Below are positions 37,627 to 52,290 of a DNA stretch of 64,000 nucleotides, in pieces (position 1 is the stretch's first letter; each line of letters opens with the position of its first letter). The stretch covers positions 10,442 through 74,441 of the forward strand of contig MCFE01000439.1 in assembly GCA_002104905.1 (NCBI GenBank), in the 5' to 3' direction. The stretch comes from Basidiobolus meristosporus CBS 931.73 (taxonomy: Eukaryota; Fungi; Basidiobolomycota). Position numbers and translations under genes: made by a program. Under the pieces are notes generated by a model that saw nothing but the letters and a program-made list of their open reading frames with translations, did not search any database and was not told the origin of the DNA.

Positions 37627-38106
37627 TTAGTTCTTGGGAGCTTCCTTGTAGGAGATAACAGCCTCTTCACCCATGGCGGAGATAACAGTGACGAGCAATT
37701 CCTTGCCTTCGTTGAAGTCTTCCTCGAGCTTGTCACCCAACTCACCCTCAGGTTGCTTGACGTCGTCCTTCATGGAACCGTCGTTAAGCATCAAGCTGAG
37801 GAAACCACCATCGATATCGATGAGGGAGTATTCGTTACGGGAGACGTTGGGGACATCCATGTTGTGGGTGGATGGGGAAACATCTTCGAGCTTCTTGCCA
37901 GTGAAAATATCGATGGCAACCAAGTTAACCTTGGCGTGACCGTGCTTACCGGTCTTGGAGGTAGACATATCGACAATCTTGCAAGGACGGCCCTTGATGA
38001 CGACGTGACCGTTCTTACGAAGAGCGGAACATTGCATAGGGTAGGTGAGGGAAGCACCGGAGGAGGCGGCCTCGAAGGTATGGTTATGTTGTTCGTCGTC
38101 AGACAT
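37627..38106 (-). CDS. TIF51A: Translation factor eIF-5A
   Basis: Hypusine motif [17 protein letters not shown] intron lies in the 5' UTR (about 38113-38171). Confidence 0.97.
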   Translation of the reverse strand: MSDDEQHNHTFEAASSGASLTYPMQCSALRKNGHVVIKGRPCKIVDMSTSKTGKHGHAKVNLVAIDIFTGKKLEDVSPSTHNMDVPNVSRNEYSLIDIDGGFLSLMLNDGSMKDDVKQPEGELGDKLEEDFNEGKELLVTVISAMGEEAVISYKEAPKN

Positions 38107-38760
38107 GTTAATCTAGATGGGTGAATTAGAACGCGTGTACTTCGACCGACGTAATATGAGACATAACTTACCTTGGTGAATAGAAGATAAAGGGTGGAGT
38201 ATCCAGCGAAGGAAAAATTCGAGAGCGAGATGGGTTTATATGATGTGGCTACAGGGGAGAAATGATTTTTTGACGAAATCTTTTTTTCCTCTTGGTATTA
38301 AGGCCAGGGTCAAGGTATGATTACTCTTAGTGAGTTGTCAATATTTTTTGCATTCTCTCCATTTCCCCATTGTTATTGCTCCTATCCTTAATTAGAAAGG
38401 GCGAATCACCTTCCTGCATCCGGAGCTCCCCATTTTCCGAGGGTCCCTTGATTTTTCTAATCTATACCAATTAAATATCTCTGGTCCGCCATTGGTCTGA
38501 CCTGGACCACAACAACACCGTATCTTCCAATTTAGACACACGAACAGGAAAAGGGGGCCCTTTCCGTGGCCCCATTTATGCGGGTATTTTCACGTATGCA
38601 ATGCTTAATACGGATGGAATATGGTGGTGGATAGTGGTGTTTGCTATCCACAAACTGGGTGTTCGAATGCCGTGAAAGCCAATTATATACCTCATTGGAT
38701 TGGCTTATCCTATCATGGAAATCGGTATCAGAAGCTAGGCTATTTATTGGTTTTTGTTTT

Positions 38761-39853
<1,093 letters not shown>

Positions 39854-40289
39854 TGTTCTATGGGCTATATATTAGAAGGCAATAATGAACCTGCAAACGC
39901 GCGCTTACTGAACTTCGGGTATCTCCTGTACACAAGAAAAAAAAAGGAAAAATCTGAAAATCGATCGGGATTTGTTTAACTAATCATCCTTCACGTATCT
40001 GAAGAGAGAAGGGAGATTTTAAGTAAAAAACTTGAACAACTTTCATTTTATTATGTACAACATAATCAGTGAGCCAAAAAGTAAAGCGCAAGAATTCAGA
40101 GGGGAGGCCATATCCGGGAGAGCTGGGAGAGGATACTAGTTAATAAATAACTGCTCTTCGAATCAGGAGAAGGTGGAATACAAAGAAAATCACAAGAAAG
40201 TGGGTGTCTAATATGTTAGGGTTGGTGATTAATTGTGAGTGGTTACATGTGCAGATGCTTGAAATAAAATATCGCTGAACAACTGGTTT

Positions 40290-43200
40290 TTACATGGATG
40301 GGGAGGGCGTTCCAGGTAAAGGTGTTCCAGGTTTATTCAGCTCTTCTTCAATTTCTCTGGTAAAGTCATCCAAAAAGTCATCGTCATCCTCCTCCTCCTC
40401 CTCCTCCCCTTCGTCTTCGTCAAGGTGTCCCGCTTCCTCATTCTCGCTTTCGCGAACCGGGCCATTCTGCTCTACATTGAAATCCGATTGAACCTCAAAA
40501 TCATCGTCCTCCATGAAGCTAACCGAGTTTTTCAATGGCGAGGCGTGTGCTCGAAGAGCACGCATGCGTTTGATGCCGTTTCTTTCGGACTCTTCCGTTC
40601 CCTTGAATTCAACAGAGTCGGGGTCTAGGAAATCACCAGACTTGCGTTTCCGGAAAACGAACCCATCATCTCCATCATCGTCCTTTTCCGAGTCGACTTC
40701 CGATGTGGCAGTGTTGAAGTCTGAATCATCCAGAAACTCCTCAACCTCGCGTGCAGCATCACCCCAATCCATGCGCATCATATGCTCATTCATTTCATTG
40801 TCATCAATCAGAAGTGGCTCCTCTTCCTCCTCCGCAATGGCCCCATTGCCCAATTACTTGTCCACCAAATTCGAAGATCTCTTCATCCGATTGTGGTGCG
40901 GGGTTGACTGCACTCTGGGCCACTGGTGTATCCTCAATTAGATACATTCTTTCGTCTTGGCGCTCCCAGCGAGCAATTGAATCAAGTAGCCTATATGGAT
41001 CATTTCTTGTTATTATATTTCCATCGATTTCCCGGCAAAGATGAGACATACCATTCTGGTTTCACGATGAATACATCCGGCATCTTCCGACCATGATTGA
41101 CTTTGGCAGTTCCAGGCTGACATCAAGGCATTAGAGACTGGCTGATGGCAGTGTAAGAAAAAGTGCATTACCTTGCCAGCGACTATATGGGTCACCTGGC
41201 TGTTCAAATTTGTAGAGCACTGGGCACCAAAGCTACGAGCTAAGCACCATATATCGGACCTAAAAACGCAGAGTTGGGTCAGAATGTATAGGTCTACTAG
41301 TGATGTCGGAAAGTAGGGTCGTACTTTGTTGGATCGTAGCCAAGTGGAATTACACTACTAAACACAATATTGGTGTTTTTGAGAACACGTGTTTTCATCG
41401 ATGGGATGATATTCTAATGCAAATTGTGGAATGAGCAACTTGGCCCAATGCTGTAGGATGTAATAATCCAAGGGCTTACTTTAACATCTGGGAGGCCTTG
41501 TTCACCGAGGGCACTTCCGTGGCCAATCTGCTCGTATTCAGTATAGTATTTGGAATGAATATCTTGTAACACCTATTTTTCTGTTAGAATAGGAAAAAAT
41601 GATTTCAGCAGCAAAGCGAGGTACCTTGAGCAGCATAGGTAGTTCCATGTCGTTGTCGATTAGGATAGGCTTTTCCTCAACTTGTTCTTGCTGCTGCTGT
41701 TGAAGTTGTTGTAACGGTTTGTTGGCTTTCTGGCTCTCCATAATCTCGTTTTGTTCTTGTTCTTGCTGGGCCAACACAGTTTCATCAACTTGCTCTATTG
41801 TGGTAGGGTAAGCCACACTCTCGGTCATTGGAAATTTACGATTATTTTACCTTCATCGTTTTTGTCGGTAGTCTTCTGATTGGGCTTTACCACAGAGGAG
41901 CTAGGACTTGCTCTGCCGCCTGGTTTGGCTGTAATAGTCTAAAAGCAGAGGGGTTGAATGGCTGAGATGATGAACAATTAGCAATAGGAAGAAATACCTC
42001 TTGTTTAGGAAGGAACGAGCCATTAATATCGCCAATACCAACAAAAAAGTCGTCTGATAAAGAATTGAATGAGTACATTCCTCAGCCTCATCAAGTAAAC
42101 AACACATACATGGGCTGACTTTAATGAGATTCGGGGACCATTGCCATACGTCCCCACGATCATCAATGATCACCACCATAGAGGTGTCACATGGGAAGAG
42201 ACGTTGAATTGTTTTTTGAGTCATGCCTAAGCGTCAATAATGAATAGCGATCCACGTGAGAAGTCAATGAAATATAACTCACTTCCGCTTTCGTCTCGAG
42301 ACAGAATTCTTTCCTTGAAAAATTCTTGATCAGGGTCAATCACATTTGCGACCGCGGAGGCGTAGTTACGAGTTCCCATTGTGTAAATATGAAGCTCATA
42401 AATTTTGGTGATCTCCTTCAAAAACTCCCTCAACCCAGGACTAATAAATGTTAGTTGAATGCTGGTGTCATGTATACAAAATAGCACAACAGTTACCGTA
42501 GTTTTATATAGTAGACGGTTGGACTGTCAGGCAAGACAAACTTCGCAATATCCTAAAATACAAAAGGTAAGCCTACTGATAGAGTAACAGAGTAACGTGA
42601 ATATTCCTTACGTTCGTAGCAGAGTGGTTGATGTTGTTTTCGTCGTTCATCCAGTCCTCGATAGTAGGATCAACAGCAGCGTGGATAATCGTTTGATCCA
42701 AATCAACAATCAAAGAAAGTTTACGAGAACTTAAAAGTCTACTAGAAGTCTCTTTCTCCAGTCGCTCAGCTTCCTGTAAAGAACACGACGGCTTAGTCCA
42801 ATAACTCGCATGCTGTTTACTTGGGTAGTGCCTCACCTCGGTGCTAACTCTGAGCCCTAGGGCATCATGGGTCATGTTAATTGTAGCTCTGCTTGTATCA
42901 GAACCACCAAAATCAGGGCTGTGGAATATTAATATGCAGTTAGTTTGCTGCAGCCAAGTCACAACATTTGGGTGGATAACTTACACGCTTAAATCTTTTG
43001 CGCAGTAGGCACACAATCCGTTGAATTGCATCCCATGGCTACAAGGCTCCTTGATAGAAAGGATAGGATGACTGGATTCAACATAGAGCAAAATCAGTAA
43101 CTCTTCAAGCAAACAAGCTCAGAATGGACTTACTCTTTTTGAGTGATTCGATCGCCGGCAGTCACTTGAAGCTTATCAATGGTTCCTTCATAGGGGCTAA

Positions 43201-43417
43201 CGAGCTCCTCCCTGACGTTTCTGATGACTAATTTCACCTCTGGTTGTTGTTTTGGGAAGTCGGGGTCAGGCTCGGCTTTCACCTCATCGGTGGTTGTGTG
43301 TTCGTACAAACACACAACTTGGTACTTTTCGATTTCATCTTGAGGAGAAACTCTAAAGGAAATCACAGTTGCCGGTAGATGTTCTTCAGGTATGTAAATA
43401 TCACGTATGGTTTCCAT
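40290..43417 (-). CDS. FCP1: RNA polymerase II CTD phosphatase Fcp1
   Basis: RKLSLIVDLDQTIIHA (DxDxT catalytic motif); YELHIYTMGTRNYA; RILSRDES; VVIIDDRGDVW; BRCT region VTHIVAGK; acidic tail. Confidence 0.95.
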
Positions 43418-44113
43418 TGAAAAGGAGCCACCTGGTAGGTCTAATAAACTATGGGGTTTTCAATTCTAAGAAATCTAGAGAGAACACGCAGATCTGAGAG
43501 AAGAGTACGCGTAGGTTTTGAAGTAGTGGCGCGAAATAACAAGCTAAAGAATAAACTCGAACACAGTTGATCACAAAGGTTGCGTAAAACCAGTAAAAAT
43601 AAGGATAATGGTAATCAATTTTGAATTTAGGAAAGTCATCCCAGCTTTACTCAAATCTGAGTGGAAAAAACCCCGAGTGTGGTCGTTTCAAAAAAATTCT
43701 GAAGATCATGAAGATGATGCATTCAACTGTGGAATGATCATAGCATTTAGCCAAAAGGATTGGCGCTGAGCAACCGCATTGCAACAAGTAATAGGGAATG
43801 GCTGCTATATAGCTATAGCCTGCACTCCAGCGGGAGTTGCGTGCGACCGTGTTGGGGATGTAGTGTTAGCGCTACTGACAAATGACGACAACCGAATTTC
43901 GGGCATTGGGTTGTGCATAAGAATATAATGATTTTTAAGGAATTGCTATCAATTAATTATTGATCGCGAAAACACCAGAGTTAAGCAGAAATCCCGGCCA
44001 ATGCTAATCAAATAAAAATCATGTGCATAGTGGAGAAGATCGTTGGAAAGCCCGCCATCACTATTTCTCTTCATATCTTATTATCACGTATTTTGTTCTG
44101 ATTTTTGACTAGC

Positions 44114-47100
44114 ATGTCATCAAGAGAGCAAACTCCCGAAGAGCGTGGAGAGGCCTTGGATTTCGAGGAAGAGGACTCCATGAAGTATAATGACGACGAG
44201 GACGATGAAGAAGAAGAAGAAGACGAGGAAACCGAGGCTGATCGAGATGGTTTCATTGTAGACGATGACGAAGAAGACCCCGAGGAAGAGCGTGTCATGC
44301 GAAAGAAGAAGAAGAGAAAGAAGTTTGTTCAGGGTAAAGTTGCTTAGTGGCTATGCCCTGTTTGATGTTTGATCCACGTTTTTCTAACTTTTCACATCAG
44401 ATCAAGACGACGAGGATGATCTGGACGAAGACGATCTGGCCTTGGTAGAAGAAAATACTGGGATAAAAGTTTCCAGACCCGAGGTTAATTTCGTTATAAC
44501 ATACTACTAAAATTTCGAAGCGAGCTAATTTTATTTTTTCGTAATAGCCCAAGCTGAAACGCCTCAAGCGCGGCCGTCGCGACGAAGAAGAGGAAGATTT
44601 AGAGGATGATCACCGTGATGATGATCTCTCTCGAATTTTCGATGACAATGAGGAGGAAGATGAGGAGGGGCTCGATGACCACCGGGAACACGATGATCTT
44701 GATGACTTTATTGATGACGACGATGACGAGGAGGCTGGGATTCGGGAAGAACGCGATGACCGCCGAAGAGTACGTCAGACGGAGCGAGTTGTCTATACGG
44801 AGGAGTCTGGAATTAGTGAAGAGTATGTTGCATTGTGTTTATGCGCGATACTGCTGATGTTAAAATCCTACAATTTAGCGCTTGGGCCGAGATTTACGAA
44901 GTGTTCGGGGATGGCGAAGACTACGCGTGGGCAATGTATTCTAAGGTCTATAGAGGAGTTGTCGAGTTTCTGCATCGAGACGTATATTAATATCGATGTT
45001 GACTTCAGGATCAAGTCGCAGATGATGGCCTTCGTGGCGAAAAGCAGCTCAAGGATGTTAGTAGCGTTTGGATTCATTAAGGAGCCTTACTTTATCATTA
45101 ACCGAACTCGTATGACTCCAAATGAATTTAGATCTTCGAGCCAAGTGAGCTTATCGAGCGAATGCTTACCGATGCTGATGAGGATATCAGAATCAAAGAT
45201 ATCCCCGAGAGAATGCAGGTACTGTTATGATTCGGCTCTTGATTCTATATGGTCGTGGGAGTAACAGTGATGTCGGGTTCTAGTTACGTTATGGCTTTGC
45301 GGCAGACACACCATTGACGGATATTGAGGTGGAGGAGGAGGCTGACTGGATTGCTCGTACGTTGGCTCCTTTCAAATCGGTGGACTATACACTTTTGAGC
45401 GATGCTGTGAAGCACATCGTCAGATTTCTTAGTCAAGAATTTCTTGAAGTCCCGTTCATTGCTACGCATAGGCAGGATTATTTTGTTCACCTTGACAGGG
45501 AGGTTAACCGCTTAGTTGATGTGCTATCCAAAGACGATCTTTGGGAAATCTACGATTTGGATTTCAAGTTCCGTTCGTTCTTGGAGCGTCGCCTAGCGCT
45601 GCGCTCCACAATAGACAGGGTCGATATTCACGACGATTATCTTGAAGATCAGCTACGTAAGGCTGATAAGATAGAACATGTCAACGACTTGATGGATTAT
45701 GTTCACCTGCATTATGGTGCTGAAATAGCCCAATCAAAAAGAGGCCAAGGGCGCCGACGCCCCAACAAACATAGTCTTTACGAAATATGCAAGAAATCAC
45801 CTGTTAGCGAATTCGCCAAAGTTCGTATTCTCGGCTGTGACACCCATAATCCAGTGATCTCACAGAATACCATCTATTTTAGAAATTCGGAATCCGGGCT
45901 CACGAATTCGGTGTCAACTTCTCTGACGGGACCAGGCAATATTTCCCTGATGATTTGCATGAGCATGCTGAGGAGATGGCTGTAAAGTTTGTTTCGGCCT
46001 CATTCAGTAGTCCACAACTGGTGCTTAAAGGTAATCCTTTTACTTTGGTGTGGTGATGTCCAGCATGTCATAACAATGGTTGCGAATACTTTCTAGCTGC
46101 AAAATCAATGATTGCTCAGCAGATCTCTTTCGATCCTCAAGTTCGCAAAGCATTGCGACTCTACTACGAATACAACTCGTCAGTCACGGTAATACCCACT
46201 GACTCGGGGATAGCCAGGATTGATGAGTATCATCCGTACTATGTACGATTAGGTTCATTTAACATCTCAGCGGAGTCTCTGAAGCATTGCTAATCCTTTG
46301 CTATAGCCATTCAAGTATCTACGCAGAAAGCCATTCCGCGACTTTTTTGATGGCCAATTCGTTGAGATTTTGAAATCCGAAGAAGAGGGTCTTACCAAGG
46401 TCGCTATACACCTGGACGACGAAGACAGATTCTTCCGAAGCTTCTCCGAGGCCTACACTAGTGACAACTACAGCGAGTTTGCACAGCAGTGGAACGAGCA
46501 CAGAATCCAAATCTTGAAGAACGCGTTGACCGAATGGTTGTACCCGATGGCTGAAAAGTGGGTAAAAGAAAAGTTGCGCGCGGATGCGGAAGATTGGATA
46601 GCCAAGAAATGCCAAGCCTCTTTACAGAGGGTAGTGTATACCTCAGCTGAAAGTTGCTTAAGGACCGACTAATCAGAAGCCTTTCTTACCTAGAAACTAG
46701 AAGTAGGTCCGTACAGATCACCTCAGATGGATCACGATGTTTTACCGCGTGTTTTGGCAGTTTCTTGGGGCGCAGGGGAGATAAAGAAGGATCCGGTCGT
46801 GTGCATTTTCCTTGATGGTCTTGGCCGATTGTCGGAGTATCTAAAACTAGACGATATAAAAGACGAGGAGAATCGTGAGCAATTCTTACGGATTATCGAC
46901 AAGCGCCAGCCTGATATCATTGCTGTTGGCGGATATAACATCCAAACTCGTAAACTGTTTGAGGAGGTGCAGCTTCTAGCAGAGGAAACCCACAGAAAGT
47001 ATGGGGATCAGATTGCTGTAAGTTACGTTAACGATGAAGCTGCTAGACTCTATCGTGAATCAAAGCGTGGCTCTGAAGAATTTCCGGAATTGCCCCCCAT

Positions 47101-48901
47101 TATGAGATACTGCATTTCATTGGCAAGAATGCTGCAAAACCCCATCATGGAGTATGCAGCGCTAGGCCGGGACATTTTGTCAATCCAGCACCACACACTC
47201 CAGCGACTCCTCCCTGAAGAACGACTTATGACCGCACTCGAGCGCGCGCTAATCAATACCGTCAATAGCGTTGGTGTGGACATCAACGAGGCTGTGGACT
47301 TTACAAGCAAGTCATATACTCTACAATACGTCAGTGGTCTTGGCCCGCGTAAAGTGCAGAGTTTGATCAAACGGATCACATCCACCGGTGGGTATCTGGA
47401 ATCCCGTGCAGACCTGATCACCAAGAGAATTGCGACCAGGACCATTTTCATGAATTGCGCCAGTTTTCTTCGGATTCGACCCAACCTGGATGTTCTCGAT
47501 GACACTCGGATCCACCCTCAAGATTACGAGTTGGCCCGTAAAATGGCCGCTGACGCGATGGAAATTGACGAGGAGGACCTGCGTGATTACGATTCAGCAT
47601 CGCAGCACGTTGCCGAGTTGATGAAGAACGAGCCCGACAAGTTGAACGATTTGATTCTTGATGACTACGCAGACGAGCTCGAACGGCGATTCCACACACC
47701 CAAGCGAATGATCCTGAATGCCATCAAAAAGGAGCTTCAAGGGCCATATCAAGACGAAAGGCGGCCATTCGCCGCCCTCAGCGAAGATGATATATTCACC
47801 ATGCTGACCGGGGAGACCGACGAAACATTGTGCCCAGGAATGATCATCCCCGTTGAAGTTGCCCGAATCCGGGATAGGATGGCGTTTTGCCGGTTGGATT
47901 CGGGCATTGAGGGAGTCATTGGGATCACCAAGATGTCAGATCAGAAGATTCGGGATCCGTCAGAGGTGATGTCGGTGGGCGACACTATTCAATGTATGGT
48001 GTTGAGCGTGAACAAAGAGAGATTCATGGTGGATCTCTCTTGCCACCCTTATGATCTGAACGTTCGCCATGACGAGTTCGTCAAGTCTAGACGAGATCGG
48101 GCATACGATGCCTATGAGGAGGAGAGAGAGCGCAACAAACAGGTAGCCAGACAACAGGCCAGGCAGATGAGCAACAGGGTGATCAAGCATCCATTGTTCA
48201 AGAGTCTGAAGGGCCGCGAAGCAGAGGCCTATCTTGCGTCCAAGTCCATTGGAGAGGCAGTCATTCGACCCTCCTCTCGCGGCAACGATCACATAGCCAT
48301 CACCTGGAAAGTATACGATAACATATACCAACACATAGATGTTCTCGAGTTTGAAAAGGAGAATGACTACGCCGTTGGCCGTATATTGAAGATAGGCGAT
48401 GCAACTTACACCGATCTTGACGAGTTGATTGTCTCTCACGTTGACGCCGCTGCACGCAAGGTCGAAGAGATGCTAAGCCATCCGAAATTCAAGACTGGCT
48501 CGCTCAAGTCATTAAATGATTTCTTGGAAGCCACCACCAAAGCAAACCCTAAGCAATCAGCCTACGGGTTCTGTCTGAACCCGGAAAAGCCTGGTTCCTT
48601 CTTCCTCGCATTCAAGCTCAACGCGCAAGCGAACCCGCATCAATGGGTGGTCAAGGTTATTCCTGGGGCATTTAAACTGGGTACCGCTACGTATCCGGAT
48701 GTCATCTCGTTGATCAACGGATTCAAGTTGATGCAGCAATCCAGGAACAAACATGCCTCCGGTAGCCACTCAAGAGACTCCCGTCGCTCCTCTCACCAGC
48801 AACAGCCGTCGTCGCAGCATCGAAGCAGCGGAAGCGGACAGTCCTCTCGTTACAGTAGTGGCAGCAATGGGGCCAGCGGACGACATCACTCTCGTCGGTA
48901 A
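44114..48901 (+). CDS. SPT6: Transcription elongation factor / histone chaperone Spt6
   Basis: Acidic N-terminus; DIPERMQ; YqgF-like VLAVSWG; HhH GLGPRK; LDDTRIHPQDYELARKMA; S1 domain; tandem SH2 (VIRPSSRG). Confidence 0.96.
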
Positions 48902-49433
48902 ACGAACGCGGATTTTCCTTTTTCAATTTTTAAACCATGAGAAGAGTAGCAATAGAAATGTAAACGTTACAAATGAATCCCAGGAGATAATTTGTAAATA
49001 ATGAAAAATCCCTTCCGCCATTGATGACATGTACTATGGAGCATTTCACGGAAATCATCGACACAAAATCAATAAATATTTGATGGGAATCTCTCGGACT
49101 TTTGTCACGCTAGGGCTGGGGTCTGTCTCTATCACGTAGAACATATATACATGTTTATCTGTGTTTGGCACTTGGCAATATTATGAGAGAAAGCGACCGA
49201 ATTCATTTCGAGTTGTATTGCAAAACAAGGGTGTTACTGTGCTGATTCAGAGCCAAGGCTAAAATGAGGGATGGATATTTGCAAAGGCTGCTGGCGGGGG
49301 ATCAGATAGTTACAAATTAAGTGTATATCAAGGGAAGAAACGGGAAGAAACGGGAAGAGACGGCTATTAAATAGAAATATCGAAGAGTGTATGTGCTAGG
49401 ATGGGGACTGTTATCAACAAAGGGATTCGGAGG

Positions 49434-50646
49434 TTAGGCCCAGATCTAAGCGGAGAGGGGTTAGTATGGTCGGTCACAGAAACCGCCACGAATGTCTCAA
49501 CATTACCTTGAGTAAACTGTCCCAACTGCCTGTACACAAAGCCATGCCATCAGCGGAAACACCAAGGCAGCTGACCCGGTTCTCGTGGGCAGCCAACACA
49601 CCCACTCGGTCGCCTCTCATTGTGTCCCACACATTGCAGTTGAAATCGTCATATCCTGCGAAGAGCAATCTACCAGAGGCCGAGAAAGCCACCGACGTGA
49701 TTCCACATAGGATGTTATCATGTGCATACTGGCTCAATTCGCGATCGGCTCGTAGGTCAAACAGCCTACATGTCGTGTCGTCCGAACCAGTGCCGAACGC
49801 ATCGCCGTTGGGGAAGAACTGGACGGCATTGATGTCTGACTCGTGACCGGTGAATGTCTGGACGCATTTGCCAGTCCGAATATCCCAGACTTTGGCTGTC
49901 GCATCGCATGCTCCGGAAACAAATATGTTCTTCTCTGGGGCAAGCGACAAACTAGAGTGCACGTTGTTGTGTGAGCCTCCGACAAACCGGTCCCAGAACT
50001 TAGCCAAAGCTTACCTCATAACGTCCCCACTATGATCCACAAACTCCATTAGCTTCACTCCAGCATCAATGTCCCAAAGCATGCACGACATATCTCCAGA
50101 GCTGGTTAGGATTTGTCGATCGCTCAAAAATCTACAGCAGGAGAGGTAGCCGGTGTGTGCACTTAGCTCCCGTGCCACTTTGACCGAGCCCTCCTTGGTT
50201 TTCAAGTTATATATGGAACATATGTTATCCAACCCGCCACAAGCAACAAAATTCCCGGTCGGTGCGTATGCGCAAGTCATGACCCAGGAAGAGCGCAAGG
50301 GGATCGCGTGAACTTTGTTGGTCGTGTATGCGTCCCAGACGATGAGTTTGCCGTCCTGAGAAGCCGAAACTAGGTGACGTTCATCGTTTGCCCAATGCAT
50401 GGCATAAATCTTGGCCAGGTGGCCTTTAAGGGTACGTCGAACCTTCATGACAATTCTAGGGAGTGGTTCCAGCTCGGCTGCAATGGCTTTTACTAAAACA
50501 CAAAGTATGAGAAGAGTGCCGAGTAAAGCTTACGAATGCGGCTTACGTGAAGTATCAGCCAGGCTGTCCTTCTTTTGTTTGATCTTTTCTTTGAGCTGTT
50601 CAGCTTCTCTTCTAGCAATAGTTATCCTTTCTGCTATATCCCCCAT
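49434..50646 (-). CDS. GNB1: Heterotrimeric G-protein beta subunit
   Basis: [16 protein letters not shown]; [14 protein letters not shown]; [12 protein letters not shown]; seven WD40 repeats ending SWDSLLK|IWA. Confidence 0.96.
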
Positions 50647-51041
50647 GTTTAAACCAATTTCAGTGGAAAGAGACTAGGCGGAAGGGCAGTCTGTGTGACG
50701 TGAAGGACGGAGCAAGGAATGGTATCGAATGTGAGGAAACTCTGATATTTAGGCTACACCAAGCATTATATACGGGATATGGCAGAATAGGGGCTAATCG
50801 AGCAGGCCATAAACAGAAGAAATATGGAGATTTATGGGAATTAAGGGGATAGGCCGCGCGCAAGTGACTTGCGAATAAAGGAGCCACATATGCGCACTTA
50901 AACTAGTGGAAGGTTTAAGGGACAAACCAGAAAATTGTTTGTGACCCATGACTTGTATAGACATCCCCCACCCTGAACGCAAATGGAATAATGCACGAAG
51001 CTAACTTTATTATAATGAAACGTGGGTCTACATCGACATGT

Positions 51042-51935
51042 TTAGATATCAGTGAAGACTTGGGGTTCCTTGAACTCCTTGGCGATCTTGGCGCCGGAGT
51101 CCTCGGAAGCGTCACCGTGGAGTTCCATCAACTTGCCAACGTCGAACTTGGGGGCCTTGAGGATCTTGACCTTGTGGAGGTAGACGTTTTGAAGGGGATA
51201 GATACCTTGGCAAGCCTTCTCAATCTCACGACCGATGACCTCGGGAATGAACTTTTGGACCAAAGACTTGAGGTCGCAGGTGGAAGCTTCACGGGTCATG
51301 ATCTCGAACATCTTCTTGCGAATCTGACGGATTTGGGCGGATTGAGCATAGGTGGTCTTCTTAAGTTGGTTGGGTCTTCTACGGGTGAAGCCAATGGAGA
51401 AGAGACGAAGGAGGTAACCGTCGGTGGTTTTAACATCGACATGGGCCTCGATGAGAGATTGCCACTTCTTGACAAGGGATCTCAATTTGTCAGAGGTGAA
51501 GGTCATACCGTGGAAGTTGGTAAGGCAGTTCTTGCCTTGGACCTCATCGACTCTGAGACGAATCTTACGGAAAGATTGGTCTTCGTCCTTGTTCAAGTCA
51601 GCAAGGGAGACCTCAAGAACGCGACCCTTCAAGTAGTCGACAGCGTTCTTCAAACCTTGAGTACGGTTAACGAGGGTCTTACCAACATTACGAACTTCGA
51701 AGAGGGAAGGAGCCTTGATATCGTACCAGTCCTTACGAGTGAAGGGGTCGACGCTAGAGAGAAAGTTAGTTGCTTGAATGGATGGATAGATCGATGTTGC
51801 AGATGAGATAATTACATCTTCTTCTTCAATCCCTTCTTTCCCTTAGAGAGGCGCCTATAGAAACACACTAGGTTGAGTAAATGAAACAACAATCCGTTAA
51901 CGATAAGGGCTTTACTTGTTCTTTCCAACGGCCAT
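51042..51935 (-). CDS. RPS1: 40S ribosomal protein eS1 (S3a)
   Basis: MAVGKNK..; [13 protein letters not shown]; CLTNFHGM; [18 protein letters not shown]. Confidence 0.97.
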
Positions 51936-52109
51936 CTTGAACTAGTCTGCACGTAAACTGTGGGCAAACGCAAAAGGGTTTGTTCCATCTGCAAAGGCGC
52001 ATCTATTAAAAGGGCCAGGGTGAATCCCCCAATTCCACTGCTTATTTTTTTTTCGCTTCGAACTCGGATGATTTAGGGGATGATTTCGGGCTGGATTTCG
52101 ACACTGGTC

Positions 52110-52290
52110 ATTAGGAATAGGGCGATTTAGGAGTTTAGGAGTTTCCTCAAATCCTTGATTAAACATAATCATTGCTAAATCATGTTATGTATTCCTAATC
52201 ATCGGAATAGGGCGATTTAGGAGTTTAGGAGTTTCCTCAAATCTTTGATTAAACATAATCATTGCTAAATCATGTTATGTATTCCTAATC
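52110..52290. repeat. ~90-bp tandem duplication upstream of RPS1
   Basis: GGAATAGGGCGATTTAGGAGTTTAGGAG...TATTCCTAATC starts at 52114 and again at 52204, with one internal mismatch. Confidence 0.9.

Noticed and set aside
37534-38124. 196-aa antisense ORF over eIF5A
   Set aside because: Codon-bias shadow frame with no recognisable protein features.
49332-49363. (GGGAAGAAAC)3 repeat downstream of the G-beta gene
   Set aside because: Short slippage repeat in probable 3' UTR, with no further structure.
50991-51806. 271-aa antisense ORF over RPS1
   Set aside because: Codon-bias shadow frame. The same applies to 18796-19251 over RPL28.
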